Shown one piece after another: positions 9,720 to 18,505 of a stretch of DNA of 64,000 bases (positions are counted from its first letter, which is position 1; each line of letters starts with the position of its first letter). The DNA lies in assembly GCF_016904885.1 (NCBI RefSeq), contig NZ_JADWYI010000001.1, positions 7,305,224-7,369,223 on the forward strand, written 5' to 3'. The position numbers and the translations under genes were made by a program. A model generated the notes under the pieces. It ran no database searches. It was not told where the DNA came from and saw only the letters and a program-made list of their open reading frames with translations. The DNA is from [Archangium] primigenium (GTDB lineage: Bacteria; Myxococcota; Myxococcia; Myxococcales; Myxococcaceae).

Positions 9720-9734
9720 CCTGGGGCACCCACT

Positions 9735-9797
9735 TTCCGCATGGAGGCCGCCGCGGATGCCGCGCTCGGCGGCGGGCTGTTCGCCTCGCTGCGCTGA
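9735..9797 (+). pseudogene. orphan 3'-end fragment (copy B) of the DUF4126-gene terminus
   Basis: In-frame MEAAADAALGGGLFASLR-stop closely matches the real gene end ...EDAAAAAMGGKLFASLR-stop at 9340..9395, including the nucleotide string ttcgcctcgctgcgctga. Confidence 0.5.
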
Positions 9798-9821
9798 GCG
9801 CGGCGCGGTCCGCCCCGGGCC

Positions 9822-10547
9822 CTACGGACAACCCAGTCCGTTGCACGCGCCCGTGGGCGGGCAGTAGTTGTAGGCGGCGGTGCAGGTCGCGAGGCCCCCG
9901 CCGCAGGAGGAGTTGTAGAAGGAGAACCGCGTCACGTCGCTCGTCAGCCCGCCCACGACGACGTAGTTCTCCCAGCCGCCCAGGTTCGGCGTGTCGCAGG
10001 CCATGGGGGCGCTCGTCGGGTAGGAGAAGGTCAGGGTGCCACTGGCCGGAATCACGGACCCGCTGATGCCCGTGTCCTTCCACCAGATGGCCGCCGGACC
10101 ACACGAGGCGTGACGGTTGTACTTCACCACGCTGGCCCCCGGCTTGCCGGAGATCATCACGCGGAGGAACGCACCCGGGCTCGGGTGGGCCACGCTGCCA
10201 TTGGAGCCACACGCCGGAAAGCCTCTGTCATTGATGAGGATGATCTGCGGCTTCGTGCAGTTCCCAACGGCACCACTCCCCTCTTGCGCCGAGCAGTACG
10301 TGCCGGGAACATCCTTGCAATGACAATCCGCGGTACAGGCATTGGGGGCGGGAGGACCTGGGACGAGAACCCCAACACAGCGCCCCGCGCTGCATATGTT
10401 CCCGGGCTGGCACTGGCAGTTGGACGAGCAGAGCCCCTGCGTGGCTTCTCCGACGACCTCCGCCGGTTCGGCCGTGGGCGCCTCTCCGCCCGCACAACCC
10501 GTCATCAGAACGCCAGACAAAAACACGAGCACCATCTTGAGCTTCAT
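9822..10547 (-). CDS. Cys-rich secreted lipoprotein with EGF-like cysteine knots
   Basis: Start MKLKMVLVFLSGVLMTGC (signal peptide with lipobox-like LMTGC). GGGAGG lies 10 nt upstream. Mature part has about 22 Cys in C-x3-C-x-C-x5-C-x4-C patterns. Confidence 0.5.
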   Translation of the reverse strand: MKLKMVLVFLSGVLMTGCAGGEAPTAEPAEVVGEATQGLCSSNCQCQPGNICSAGRCVGVLVPGPPAPNACTADCHCKDVPGTYCSAQEGSGAVGNCTKPQIILINDRGFPACGSNGSVAHPSPGAFLRVMISGKPGASVVKYNRHASCGPAAIWWKDTGISGSVIPASGTLTFSYPTSAPMACDTPNLGGWENYVVVGGLTSDVTRFSFYNSSCGGGLATCTAAYNYCPPTGACNGLGCP

Positions 10548-10764
10548 GCGGGGTACGCCTCCCGTGGGGTGAACACGCTCCAGTGGACACGCCATCCGAC
10601 TGGCAGCCAACACATCACCCTAGGCCCAATGGCCTCGGAGGTGGTGCGGACGGACCTGCTCCTCCCAATAGTTGACACTCCAAGTGAATCCTGTCAGCCC
10701 CAGACGCGCTGTTCCAGCCGACATGGGAGTGCGCCAGCACCCGTCGGACCGCGGCGCGGTCCGC

Positions 10765-11493
10765 TCAAGGACAGGAACGACCCCTGATGGCTGGAAAGCG
10801 CACATAGGCGAGACGGAGCGCGTCCAGATGCCGGGGGTTGTCCAGGTCCAGGGGCTCTTCCGTGAGGGGCACCACCCAGCCGCCCGAGGCCGTGCGCCGC
10901 GAGCGCGCGAGCAGTAGCCCGTCTCGCGAGAGGTCGGGAAACCCCAGGAGTTGGGCGGTGGCGGCCGACCAGTAGTTCACCCATCCCAGGCGGTACGGAA
11001 TCAAGGGGGAGTCGAATTCGTCCGGGGGCTTGAGCAGGGGAAGTCCAAGCGGCGGCGTATGGGGCGCGGAGAACGGATGCCAGACTTGCTCCGCGACCAT
11101 GAGCACCACGGCACTGGGGCTCATGTCTCCCCACCAGCCGCGAGCGGCTTCACCCACCCCCTCCAACGTGCCCACCGCCGCCCGAATGGCTTGTGATTCC
11201 AATGGCAATTTCCCATGGATGCTCAGCGCGGACTGACCCGCCGGAGAAACAGCGTCTCTTGGGATTCCGTAAACCATCACCGGGTAAGACTCGTCACCAT
11301 TGCAGACGAGCGGAAAATCGCCACGCGCGACCGCCTCGGAAAACCATTGCTCGCGCCGTGGCAATTTCAGGAGTTGTCCGTCCTCGGTAACATCCCAGAC
11401 CAGGTGAAGCCCAGGGAAGGAGTGCTCCATGGCCTGGACCACGGCCAGAGGGCGACCATCACCTCTTTCAAGGGGGGTCGTGAAAACAGTCAT
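10765..11493 (-). CDS. hypothetical protein (GC about 62%)
   Basis: Start at MTVFTTPLERGDG. No domain recognised. Lower GC than the core genome. Confidence 0.4.
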   Translation of the reverse strand: MTVFTTPLERGDGRPLAVVQAMEHSFPGLHLVWDVTEDGQLLKLPRREQWFSEAVARGDFPLVCNGDESYPVMVYGIPRDAVSPAGQSALSIHGKLPLESQAIRAAVGTLEGVGEAARGWWGDMSPSAVVLMVAEQVWHPFSAPHTPPLGLPLLKPPDEFDSPLIPYRLGWVNYWSAATAQLLGFPDLSRDGLLLARSRRTASGGWVVPLTEEPLDLDNPRHLDALRLAYVRFPAIRGRSCP

Positions 11494-11559
11494 GACCAAC
11501 TGGTCGCTCGCGCTTGGCATTTCAGCACCCTGTCACAACGACCTTCAAGGTGGCATCTT

Positions 11560-11800
11560 CTTTGAGCAATGCTTCTCGGTGCGAGGCATGACGGATCCCC
11601 ACCACGAGTTGGTAACCACAGGCACCAAGCCCATGGCCCATCCACCTCTATCACGTGCACCTCGCCCATCTTGTGCTGGAAGGCCGCCGCCACCGGCGGC
11701 AGTTGTCGCGCCAGCACCAGTCGGATGAACTCGGGCGACGCCGCGATGCCAGCGTCTGCCGCTCGAGCAGCGGCGTCTCCGCCCGCGGGACCATCGTCCA
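11560..11800 (-). pseudogene. diverged 3'-proximal fragment of a flotillin-family gene
   Basis: Minus-strand translation PEFIRLVLARQLPPVAAAFQHKMGEVHVIEVDG aligns with the C-terminal region of the intact flotillin gene (PESIQLVLAQQLPQVAAAFQQKMGEVHVTAVDG). Nucleotides 11650-11760 align with 14280-14390. Confidence 0.5.
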
Positions 11801-11955
11801 CCGCGCGTGAGCCACCCGCGCGACCTCCACCTTCTGCCGCAGCCACATCCGCGCCAGCGTGCCCTTGGCTGCGCCGCCGCCACGGCCCGCCCAACGTGAG
11901 GGCGAACTTTATGGTGACACCTCCGCGGCCGCGATCGGCGGCAAGCTGTTCGCCT
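11800..11955 (+). pseudogene. orphan 3'-end fragment (copy C) of the DUF4126-gene terminus
   Basis: ...cccaacgtg...gcggccgcgatcggcggcaagctgttcgcctcgcggtgctga aligns with 9290..9395 (...GVPNVVAGLIEDAAAAAMGGKLFASLR-stop). Confidence 0.5.
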
Positions 11956-12841
11956 CGCGGTGCTGAACGTGGCACGGTCCGCCCCCAAGGCCCGGGGCGG
12001 ACCGAGGTCCCGGCTAAGGATCGACCGATGTCGGCGGCCTGGGGGATTCTCGCACGGGGACGTAGCAGCGCCCCTGGTGTTCGTAGAACTGGCCACACGG
12101 AGGACGCCGCTCCATGCGGCTCCAGCACCCTCCGTTGATCTCCTCGTCACCTGTCGACGCCGGAAGACAGGGAGATGCCTGCTGTTTCTCTAGGCGCTTG
12201 GGCGGCATGGGCACCGCGATGGTGCCGCCGTCACGCGACAGCCAGTCGGTGGCGATGGACTCGAACTCGGGCCGCTCCGGTGCAGCATCCATGCGGATGG
12301 GCTTGGGATGCGGCGCGAGCAGGCCCCACAGAGCGATGCCCACGGCCAGAACCCCCAGCGCACGTGGGGGCCACGTGGCGGGGACGTCCCACGTCGACCA
12401 AGCCTTCCGCTCTCGACGGGGATTGAGTCGCGACACCACACGCAAAGCCACGAGGAGGGGAATCGTACTGCCCGTACTCCGTGCGCACGCGATGGAAAAA
12501 AGGAGGATTTTCAGCCTGCGGAATCCGTGATGCCTGGCACCAATGAAGATCCGGGCCCATTGCCGCCGTTTCTTGAGGGTCATTCAGGGGAAACTACTTA
12601 CTGCGTCGTGCACGATTGCGTCCACAGTCCAGGGCCGCGGACGCAGCCGCTCGACGTCAAATAAGTAGCCAGGCGTGCTTGCCTTGAAATCTACGCCCGA
12701 CTGACCTTGTCGATTGAAGCCCTCGTTCCGATTCACCCCAGGAACGGATGGAGCGGAAGCCACTGCGGACTCGCCGTTCCAACCGTCATTGGAGTGCGCC
12801 AGCACGGTAAGGCGCGTCATGGCCACCGCCTGCCTGGGTGG

Positions 12842-14026
12842 TCAGTAGTCGTAAAAGTAGAACGCCGCGATGTCCGCCTTGCCGTCACCCGTGAAATCCC
12901 CTGCCACCGGCCGACCTCTGTTCCAGTCCCATTGGCCCAGCCCACTCAACCACGGTCGGGAGAGTGAAAACGCACCTGTCCCCGTCGCGGTGAACAACCA
13001 GAGGCCCGTGTTCGCGTTGCCGTAGTTGTAGAACGCCGCGATGTCCGCCTTGCCATCGCCCGTGAAGTCACCGGCGACGGGAGAGGCGTTTTTCCATATC
13101 CAATTACCCGGGCCACTCAACCACGGCCGGGAGAGGGAAAACGCACCCGTCCCCGTCGCGGTGAACAACCAGAGGCCCGTGTTCGCGTTGCCATAGTCGT
13201 AGAACGCCGCGATGTCGGCCCTGCCATCGCCCGTGAAGTCACCGGCGACGGGAGAGGCGTTTTTCCATATCCAATTACCCGGGCCACTCAACCACGGCCG
13301 GGAGAGGGAAAACGTGCCCGTCTCCGTCTGAGTGAACAACCAGAGGCCCGTGTTCGCGTTGCCGTAGTCGTAGAATGCCGCGATGTCGGTCCTCCCATCG
13401 CCCGTGAAGTCGCCGGCGACCAGTTGGCACTGACTCCAGATCCAGTTCCCAGGGCCACTCGTCCAGACCAGGGACGCAGAGAAGGACCCTTTACCCGTCG
13501 CCCGGAAGATCCAGAGGCCCGTGTTCGCGTTGCCATAATCGTAGAACGCCGCGATGTCTTCCTTCCCATCACCCGTGAAATCACCAGAGACCAGCTTGGT
13601 TCTGTCCCACGCCCAACCGCCAGCACCGCTCTTCCAAAGCAGCGAAGGAGAGAAAGCGCCTGATTCTGTCGCGGTGAGCAGCCAGAGGCCTGTGTTCGCG
13701 TTGCCATAATCATAGAACGCCGCGATGTCGGCCTGACGATCGTTCGAGAAGAGGCCCGCCACCTCCTTGCTCGCGGCCCAGGCCCAATTTCCCGCACCAC
13801 TCCACCAAGCGGAGTAAGGAGAGGAGAAACCTGATCCCGTCGAAGGGAACATCCAGACTCGGGTATTGGCCGTCGCAGCGGAAACGTGTTCATGAGGAAC
13901 CGTCTCGACCGCGGCTGCTCCAGCAGGGCTTGGTAGGAAAAAAAGGCCTCCCAGAACAAACACCGAGAATGCCCTGCGCCCATGACTCCAGAGGAACAGC
14001 GGACTCGAATCACTCGTCCTGGCCAT
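12842..14026 (-). CDS. secreted FG-GAP/VCBS-like repeat beta-propeller protein
   Basis: Signal peptide (RRAFSVFVLGGLFFLPSPAGAAA) followed by at least six tandem 57-aa repeats, each with GDFTGDGKADIAAFYDYGNANTGLW. Start choice (MARTSDSS) is tentative. Confidence 0.6.
   Translation of the reverse strand: MARTSDSSPLFLWSHGRRAFSVFVLGGLFFLPSPAGAAAVETVPHEHVSAATANTRVWMFPSTGSGFSSPYSAWWSGAGNWAWAASKEVAGLFSNDRQADIAAFYDYGNANTGLWLLTATESGAFSPSLLWKSGAGGWAWDRTKLVSGDFTGDGKEDIAAFYDYGNANTGLWIFRATGKGSFSASLVWTSGPGNWIWSQCQLVAGDFTGDGRTDIAAFYDYGNANTGLWLFTQTETGTFSLSRPWLSGPGNWIWKNASPVAGDFTGDGRADIAAFYDYGNANTGLWLFTATGTGAFSLSRPWLSGPGNWIWKNASPVAGDFTGDGKADIAAFYNYGNANTGLWLFTATGTGAFSLSRPWLSGLGQWDWNRGRPVAGDFTGDGKADIAAFYFYDY
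12850..13900 (-). repeat. 171-bp tandem coding repeats inside the FG-GAP gene
   Basis: Adjacent units are near-identical at the DNA level. Units at about 13010-13180 and 13181-13350 share blocks of about 95 identical nt. Confidence 0.7.
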
Positions 14027-14179
14027 CACGAACCCTCCACGACAACAGTGCTCTCCTGTCCGTACCAACAGGAGGGAGCGCGCTGGACTTGCCTGCACAA
14101 CACCAAAACCCACACACTCCGTGTGGCCTGGCTATCTGGCAGGCAGGCAAGTTTCTGTCGTGTCACACCAGACGGTCGC

Positions 14180-15832
14180 TCACCCCTTCTTCTCCGGCAC
14201 CTGGAGGCCCGCCGAGCGCGCCAGACCCATGACGCCCTCCACCGCCGCGGCGATGTAGCCAAAGGGATTGGCCCCATCCACCGCCGTCACGTGCACCTCG
14301 CCCATCTTCTGCTGGAAGGCCGCCGCCACCTGCGGCAACTGCTGCGCCAGCACCAGCTGGATGGACTCGGGCGACAGCGTGTTGTCGATCTCCTTGAGCG
14401 CCTTGGCCCGCGCCAGCTCCGGCTCCTGCGCCATGCGCGCCTTGCGCGCGTCCATCTCCGCCAGCGACAGCTCCGCCTCGGCGATGGCGCACCGGGCCTC
14501 CGCCGCCCGCGCCTGCGAGCGCGCCCGCTCCTCCTCCTGGTGCAGCTCCGCCATGCGCGACTCGTGCCGCGACGCCAGCGCCTGCCGCTCGAGCAACAGC
14601 GCCTCCGCCTCCGCCTGCGCCTGGAGCGCCTTCATCCGCCGCTCGTGCTCCACCCGCGTGGCCTCCGCCTCCTGCTCCAGCTGCATCCGCTCCAGCGCGC
14701 CCTTGGCCTGCGCCGCCGCCAGGGCCCGCTCGTTCTCCTGCTGCGCCTCCGCCATGCGCCGCTCGGACTCCAGCCGCGTCAGCGTCTGCGCCTCCTCCGA
14801 GCGCGCCTTCTGCTCGCGCACCTCGCGCTCGGCGTTGAGCTTCGCCAGGGCCACCTCGCGCTCCAGGGACACCTGCGCCTGCCGCGTGCCCCGCTCCTTG
14901 GCCACCCGCGCCTCCTCCACGCGCGACTCCACCGCCAGGGACTCGAGCTTCGCCTGCTCCTCGGCCTCCTGCCGCTTCTGGCGGACCTCCTCCTCCGTCG
15001 CCAGGCGCGTGAGGGAGATCTGCCGCTCCACCTCCGCCTCCTCGCGGCGGATGAAGCGCTCCTTGGCCAATTCCGCCTCGCGCGCCACCCGCTCCTGCTC
15101 CTGGCGGTAGCGCGCCTGCATGTTCGCGAACACCACCTCCGACAGCACCCGCACGTCCTGAATCTCAATCGTGTCCAGGACCACGCCCCAGCCCGTGTCC
15201 GCGCGGTCCTCCAGCCGCCCCCGCCCCGACACCACCGGGGCGATCTCCCGCATCAGCTCCTCGGCCAGGCCCTCCTTGCGCCGCGTGAGGCACTCCTCCA
15301 CGGTGAGGTTGGCCACCAGGCGCCGCACCGCGCCCACGAACATCTCCCCGAGCAGCTCGGCCAGCTTCTGCTGCGCCCGCTCGGGAAAGGAGAAGTTGAG
15401 CATCCGGAAGGCCACCAACGGGTCGACGATCCGGTAGACCGCCAGCCCCGTCACCTGCACGCCGACCTTCTCGCTCGTCACCTGATCCGCCGTGAAGCGC
15501 AGCCGCTGCACGCTCGTGGGCACGATGGCCACCGCGTCCCCGGGCAGCTTGAAGCAGGAGGCGCCCTGCCCGCTCACCTCGCGCACCCGGCCCCGGCGCA
15601 TGTGGATGAGGAACTCGCTCGGGCGGGCGGTGATGAGGCCCCACTTCTTCATCTTCTCCGGATCCTCCTCCGGCTTGCCGGCCCGCCAACCGTTCGGGTA
15701 GCGCCCCTCGGGCTCCACCCGGGCCAGGTCCTGGCGCACCTCGTTGCGCGGCAGGGGCGGCGGCTCTCCCACCGACACCGCCAGGGAACCCGCCGCGTTC
15801 ACCTTCACCATCCGCTTGTCGTTCGTGCTCAT
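14180..15832 (-). CDS. flotillin/SPFH (band 7) family protein with long coiled-coil
   Basis: SPFH domain (GLAVYRIVDPLVAFRMLNFSFPERAQQKLAELLGEMFVGAVRRLVANLTVEECLTRRKE). About 250 aa of Ala/Glu/Arg-rich coiled coil and a conserved flotillin C-terminus. Start at MSTNDKRMVKV. Confidence 0.7.
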   Translation of the reverse strand: MSTNDKRMVKVNAAGSLAVSVGEPPPLPRNEVRQDLARVEPEGRYPNGWRAGKPEEDPEKMKKWGLITARPSEFLIHMRRGRVREVSGQGASCFKLPGDAVAIVPTSVQRLRFTADQVTSEKVGVQVTGLAVYRIVDPLVAFRMLNFSFPERAQQKLAELLGEMFVGAVRRLVANLTVEECLTRRKEGLAEELMREIAPVVSGRGRLEDRADTGWGVVLDTIEIQDVRVLSEVVFANMQARYRQEQERVAREAELAKERFIRREEAEVERQISLTRLATEEEVRQKRQEAEEQAKLESLAVESRVEEARVAKERGTRQAQVSLEREVALAKLNAEREVREQKARSEEAQTLTRLESERRMAEAQQENERALAAAQAKGALERMQLEQEAEATRVEHERRMKALQAQAEAEALLLERQALASRHESRMAELHQEEERARSQARAAEARCAIAEAELSLAEMDARKARMAQEPELARAKALKEIDNTLSPESIQLVLAQQLPQVAAAFQQKMGEVHVTAVDGANPFGYIAAAVEGVMGLARSAGLQVPEKKG

Positions 15833-16047
15833 CCGTGTGCCTCCAGAACTCGTGGAGATCCCGGATTGCAGACCCCTGGCCAACCGACGACTGCCCTGAA
15901 ATCGGGCACTTGGCGCCGGGGGGTGGGCCGGGGTGGCGCGACTGCCCCATTCTGGAGCGGGCCAGAGCAGGGCGGTGTCTGAAAGAGGACTGAATCGGTC
16001 CGATTCGGGGTTGATACCGGGCGGTCACCCCCGGCCCGCATGTCGCC

Positions 16048-16075
16048 TTGACCGAGGGGGGGTCGATTTTATAAT
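16048..16075 (+). promoter_or_regulatory. sigma70-like promoter of the isc operon (TTGACC-N16-TATAAT)
   Basis: TTGACC at 16048-16053 and TATAAT at 16070-16075, about 110 bp upstream of the iscS start. Confidence 0.45.
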
Positions 16076-16095
16076 TGACCAGTCCAGTCCACTTT
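16071..16095 (+). promoter_or_regulatory. candidate IscR/Rrf2-type operator overlapping the isc promoter
   Basis: ATAATTGACCAGTCCAGTCCACTTT matches 19 of 25 positions of the type-1 IscR consensus ATASYYGACTRwwwYAGTCRRSTAT, as recalled from memory. Confidence 0.25.
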
Positions 16096-16184
16096 AGGTG
16101 TGCCAATGTAGGCACCCCAGGGACGTCGCGGGGTTATCCACCCGAGGCGTCCCAGACCGACGGCTGTCTGGAAGGCTCTACGCG

Positions 16185-17549
16185 ATGCTGAAGCTGCCCA
16201 TCTACATGGACAACCACGCCACCACGCCGATGGACCCGCGCGTGCTGGAGGCCATGCTGCCCTACCTGCGCGAGGACTTCGGCAATGCCGCGTCGCGCAA
16301 TCACGCGTTTGGCTGGAAGGCCGAGGCGGCGGTGGAGCTGGCGCGCAAGCACGTGGGCGCGCTGATCGGCGCGTCGGACAAGGAGATCGTCTTCACCTCG
16401 GGCGCCACCGAGTCGGACAACCTCGCCATCAAGGGCGTGGTGGAGTTCTACAAGGACAAGGGCGACCACATCATCACGCTCAAGACCGAGCACAAGGCGG
16501 TGCTCGACACCTGCAAGCGCCTGGAGCGCGTGCGGCAGGAGCGGCTGGACGAGCTCAAGATGCTGCGGCTCATGCAGCTCACGGGCGGCCCGGTGTCGCG
16601 CGAGGATCTGGCCACGCTCGCCATCAAGCACGACCTGGACAACGACGCGGCCTACCAGCAGTGGGCGGCGCTGCCCACGGGCGGCGCGCGCGTGACGTAC
16701 CTGGAGGTGGAGAAGGACGGCCGGGTGGACCTGCGCAAGCTCGAGGCGGCCATGACGGACAAGACCATCCTGGTTTCCATCATGCTGGCCAACAACGAGA
16801 TCGGCACCGTGCAGCCCATCGCGGAGATTGGCCGGATGTGCCGCCAGCGCGGCATCCTCTTCCACTGCGACGCGGTGCAGGGCGTGGGCAAGGTGCCCTT
16901 CGACGTGGAGGCGATGCAGGTGGACCTGGTGTCGCTCTCCGCGCACAAGATGTATGGCCCCAAGGGCGTGGGCGCGCTGTACGTGCGCCGCAAGCCGCGG
17001 GTGCGCATCGCGCCGCTCATCGACGGCGGTGGGCATGAGCGCGGCATGCGCTCGGGCACGCTCAACGTGGCGTCCATCGTGGGCTTCGGCGAGGCGGCGC
17101 GCCTCGCCCGCGAGGAGATGGCCGAGGAGGCGGTGCGCCTCAACCGGCTGCGCGAGCGGCTGCGCAAGGGCATCGCGGAGAAGTTGGATCTGCTCACGGT
17201 GAACGGCTCGCAGGAGCACCGGCTGCCGGGCAACCTGAACATCTCCTTCGCCTACGTGGAGGGCGAGGCGCTGATGATGGCCATCAAGGACGTGGCGGTG
17301 TCGTCGGGCTCGGCGTGCACGTCGGCCTCGCTCGAGCCGTCCTACGTGCTGCGCGCCTGCGGCGTGGAGGAGGAGATGGCGCACAGCTCCATCCGCTTCG
17401 GCCTGGGCCGCTTCAACACCGAGGAAGAAGTCGACTTCGTCATCCAGCTCATGGTGGACAAGGTGAACCGTCTGCGCGAGATGAGCCCGCTGTACGAGAT
17501 GGCCAAGGAAGGCATCGACCTCAAGAGCATCGAGTGGACGGCGCACTGA
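16185..17549 (+). CDS. iscS: cysteine desulfurase IscS (with a 50-aa insertion)
   Basis: Conserved class-V aminotransferase/IscS sequence ([45 protein letters not shown]). GGAAGG lies 9 nt before the ATG. 454 aa, about 50 more than the E. coli enzyme. Confidence 0.85.
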   Translation: MLKLPIYMDNHATTPMDPRVLEAMLPYLREDFGNAASRNHAFGWKAEAAVELARKHVGALIGASDKEIVFTSGATESDNLAIKGVVEFYKDKGDHIITLKTEHKAVLDTCKRLERVRQERLDELKMLRLMQLTGGPVSREDLATLAIKHDLDNDAAYQQWAALPTGGARVTYLEVEKDGRVDLRKLEAAMTDKTILVSIMLANNEIGTVQPIAEIGRMCRQRGILFHCDAVQGVGKVPFDVEAMQVDLVSLSAHKMYGPKGVGALYVRRKPRVRIAPLIDGGGHERGMRSGTLNVASIVGFGEAARLAREEMAEEAVRLNRLRERLRKGIAEKLDLLTVNGSQEHRLPGNLNISFAYVEGEALMMAIKDVAVSSGSACTSASLEPSYVLRACGVEEEMAHSSIRFGLGRFNTEEEVDFVIQLMVDKVNRLREMSPLYEMAKEGIDLKSIEWTAH

Positions 17550-17594
17550 GTCCCTCCCCCACCCCTTCTGTTCCCCCCCTTTTCGGAGCCCCCC

Positions 17595-17990
17595 ATGGCC
17601 TATAGCGACAAAGTCATCGACCACTACGAGAACCCCCGCAACGTCGGCTCGCTCGACAAGGCGGACCCCAACGTCGGCACGGGCCTGGTCGGCGCGCCGG
17701 CGTGCGGCGACGTGATGCGCCTGCAGCTGAAGATCAGCGACGAGGGCATCATCGAGGACGCGCGCTTCAAGACGTTCGGCTGCGGCTCGGCCATCGCGTC
17801 CAGCTCGCTGGTGAGCGAGTGGGTGAAGGGCAAGACGGTGGACGAGGCGCTGACCATCTCCAACAAGGACGTGGCCCGGGAGCTGGCGCTGCCGCCGGTG
17901 AAGATCCACTGTTCGGTGTTGGCCGAGGACGCCATCAAGGCGGCCATCGACGACTTCAAGAAGAAGCGCCAGGCGCGCAACAAGGCCTGA
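17595..17990 (+). CDS. iscU: Fe-S cluster scaffold IscU
   Basis: MAYSDKVIDHYENPRNVGSLDKADPNVGTGLVGAPACGDVMRLQLK is a canonical IscU sequence. Confidence 0.9.
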   Translation: MAYSDKVIDHYENPRNVGSLDKADPNVGTGLVGAPACGDVMRLQLKISDEGIIEDARFKTFGCGSAIASSSLVSEWVKGKTVDEALTISNKDVARELALPPVKIHCSVLAEDAIKAAIDDFKKKRQARNKA

Positions 17991-18018
17991 GTCCAGACGG
18001 CACGCGAGGAGACGCGGG

Positions 18019-18414
18019 ATGAACGAGCAGGCGACAGGACAGACGGGCCAGACGACGGCGCCTGCCACCCCGGCCCCCAAGCCGGCGCGGGGCATCACGC
18101 TGCATGACAGCGCGGTGGTGCAGTTGCGCCGGCTGCTGGAGGAGCGGCGCACGCCCGAGGCGGGGCTGCGCATCGCGGTGCGGGGCGGTGGGTGCTCGGG
18201 GCTCGCGTACGTGATGGAGTGGTCGGAGAAGGCGCGCGAGAAGGACAAGATCTTCGAGCGCGAGGGCGTGCGCGTCTTCGTGGACCCGAAGAGCTACCTG
18301 TACCTGCTCGGCACGGAGATCGTGTACGAGTCCACGCTGATGGCCAGCGGCTTCAAGCTCAACAACCCCAATGTGAAGGGCGCGTGCGGCTGCGGCGAGA
18401 GCTTCTCCATCTGA
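18019..18414 (+). CDS. iscA: Fe-S cluster insertion protein IscA (A-type carrier)
   Basis: Carries GCSGLAYVMEW and C-terminal CGCGESFSI motifs. Confidence 0.85.
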   Translation: MNEQATGQTGQTTAPATPAPKPARGITLHDSAVVQLRRLLEERRTPEAGLRIAVRGGGCSGLAYVMEWSEKAREKDKIFEREGVRVFVDPKSYLYLLGTEIVYESTLMASGFKLNNPNVKGACGCGESFSI

Positions 18415-18505
18415 GCGCTGTCGCCTGAACGCAGTCCCATCGGGGGGCCCGGCCGCGACAGGTCGGGCCCTCGTCGTTTTTCGTCCGTCGGGAAGGACGC
18501 CACCT

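Noticed and set aside
9340-11955. Interpretation of the repeated gene-end fragments as polymorphic-toxin orphan C-terminal cassettes
   Set aside because: The repeated piece is the extreme 3' end including the stop codon of a non-toxin membrane protein, not a pre-toxin conserved region followed by variable tips. No toxin or VENN/PT-type motifs were seen.
13982-15982. 666-aa plus-strand ORF
   Set aside because: Antisense to the flotillin gene, with Leu/Arg/His-rich repeats mirroring the Ala/Glu coiled-coil codons.
15165-16115. 316-aa minus ORF in the flotillin/iscS intergenic and flotillin 5' region
   Set aside because: Gly/Arg/Pro-rich junk overlapping the flotillin start. The region is better explained as divergent promoters.
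16134-18248. 704-aa minus-strand ORF across iscS-iscU-iscA
   Set aside because: Antisense to three strongly conserved genes. Composition is typical of a GC-rich shadow frame.
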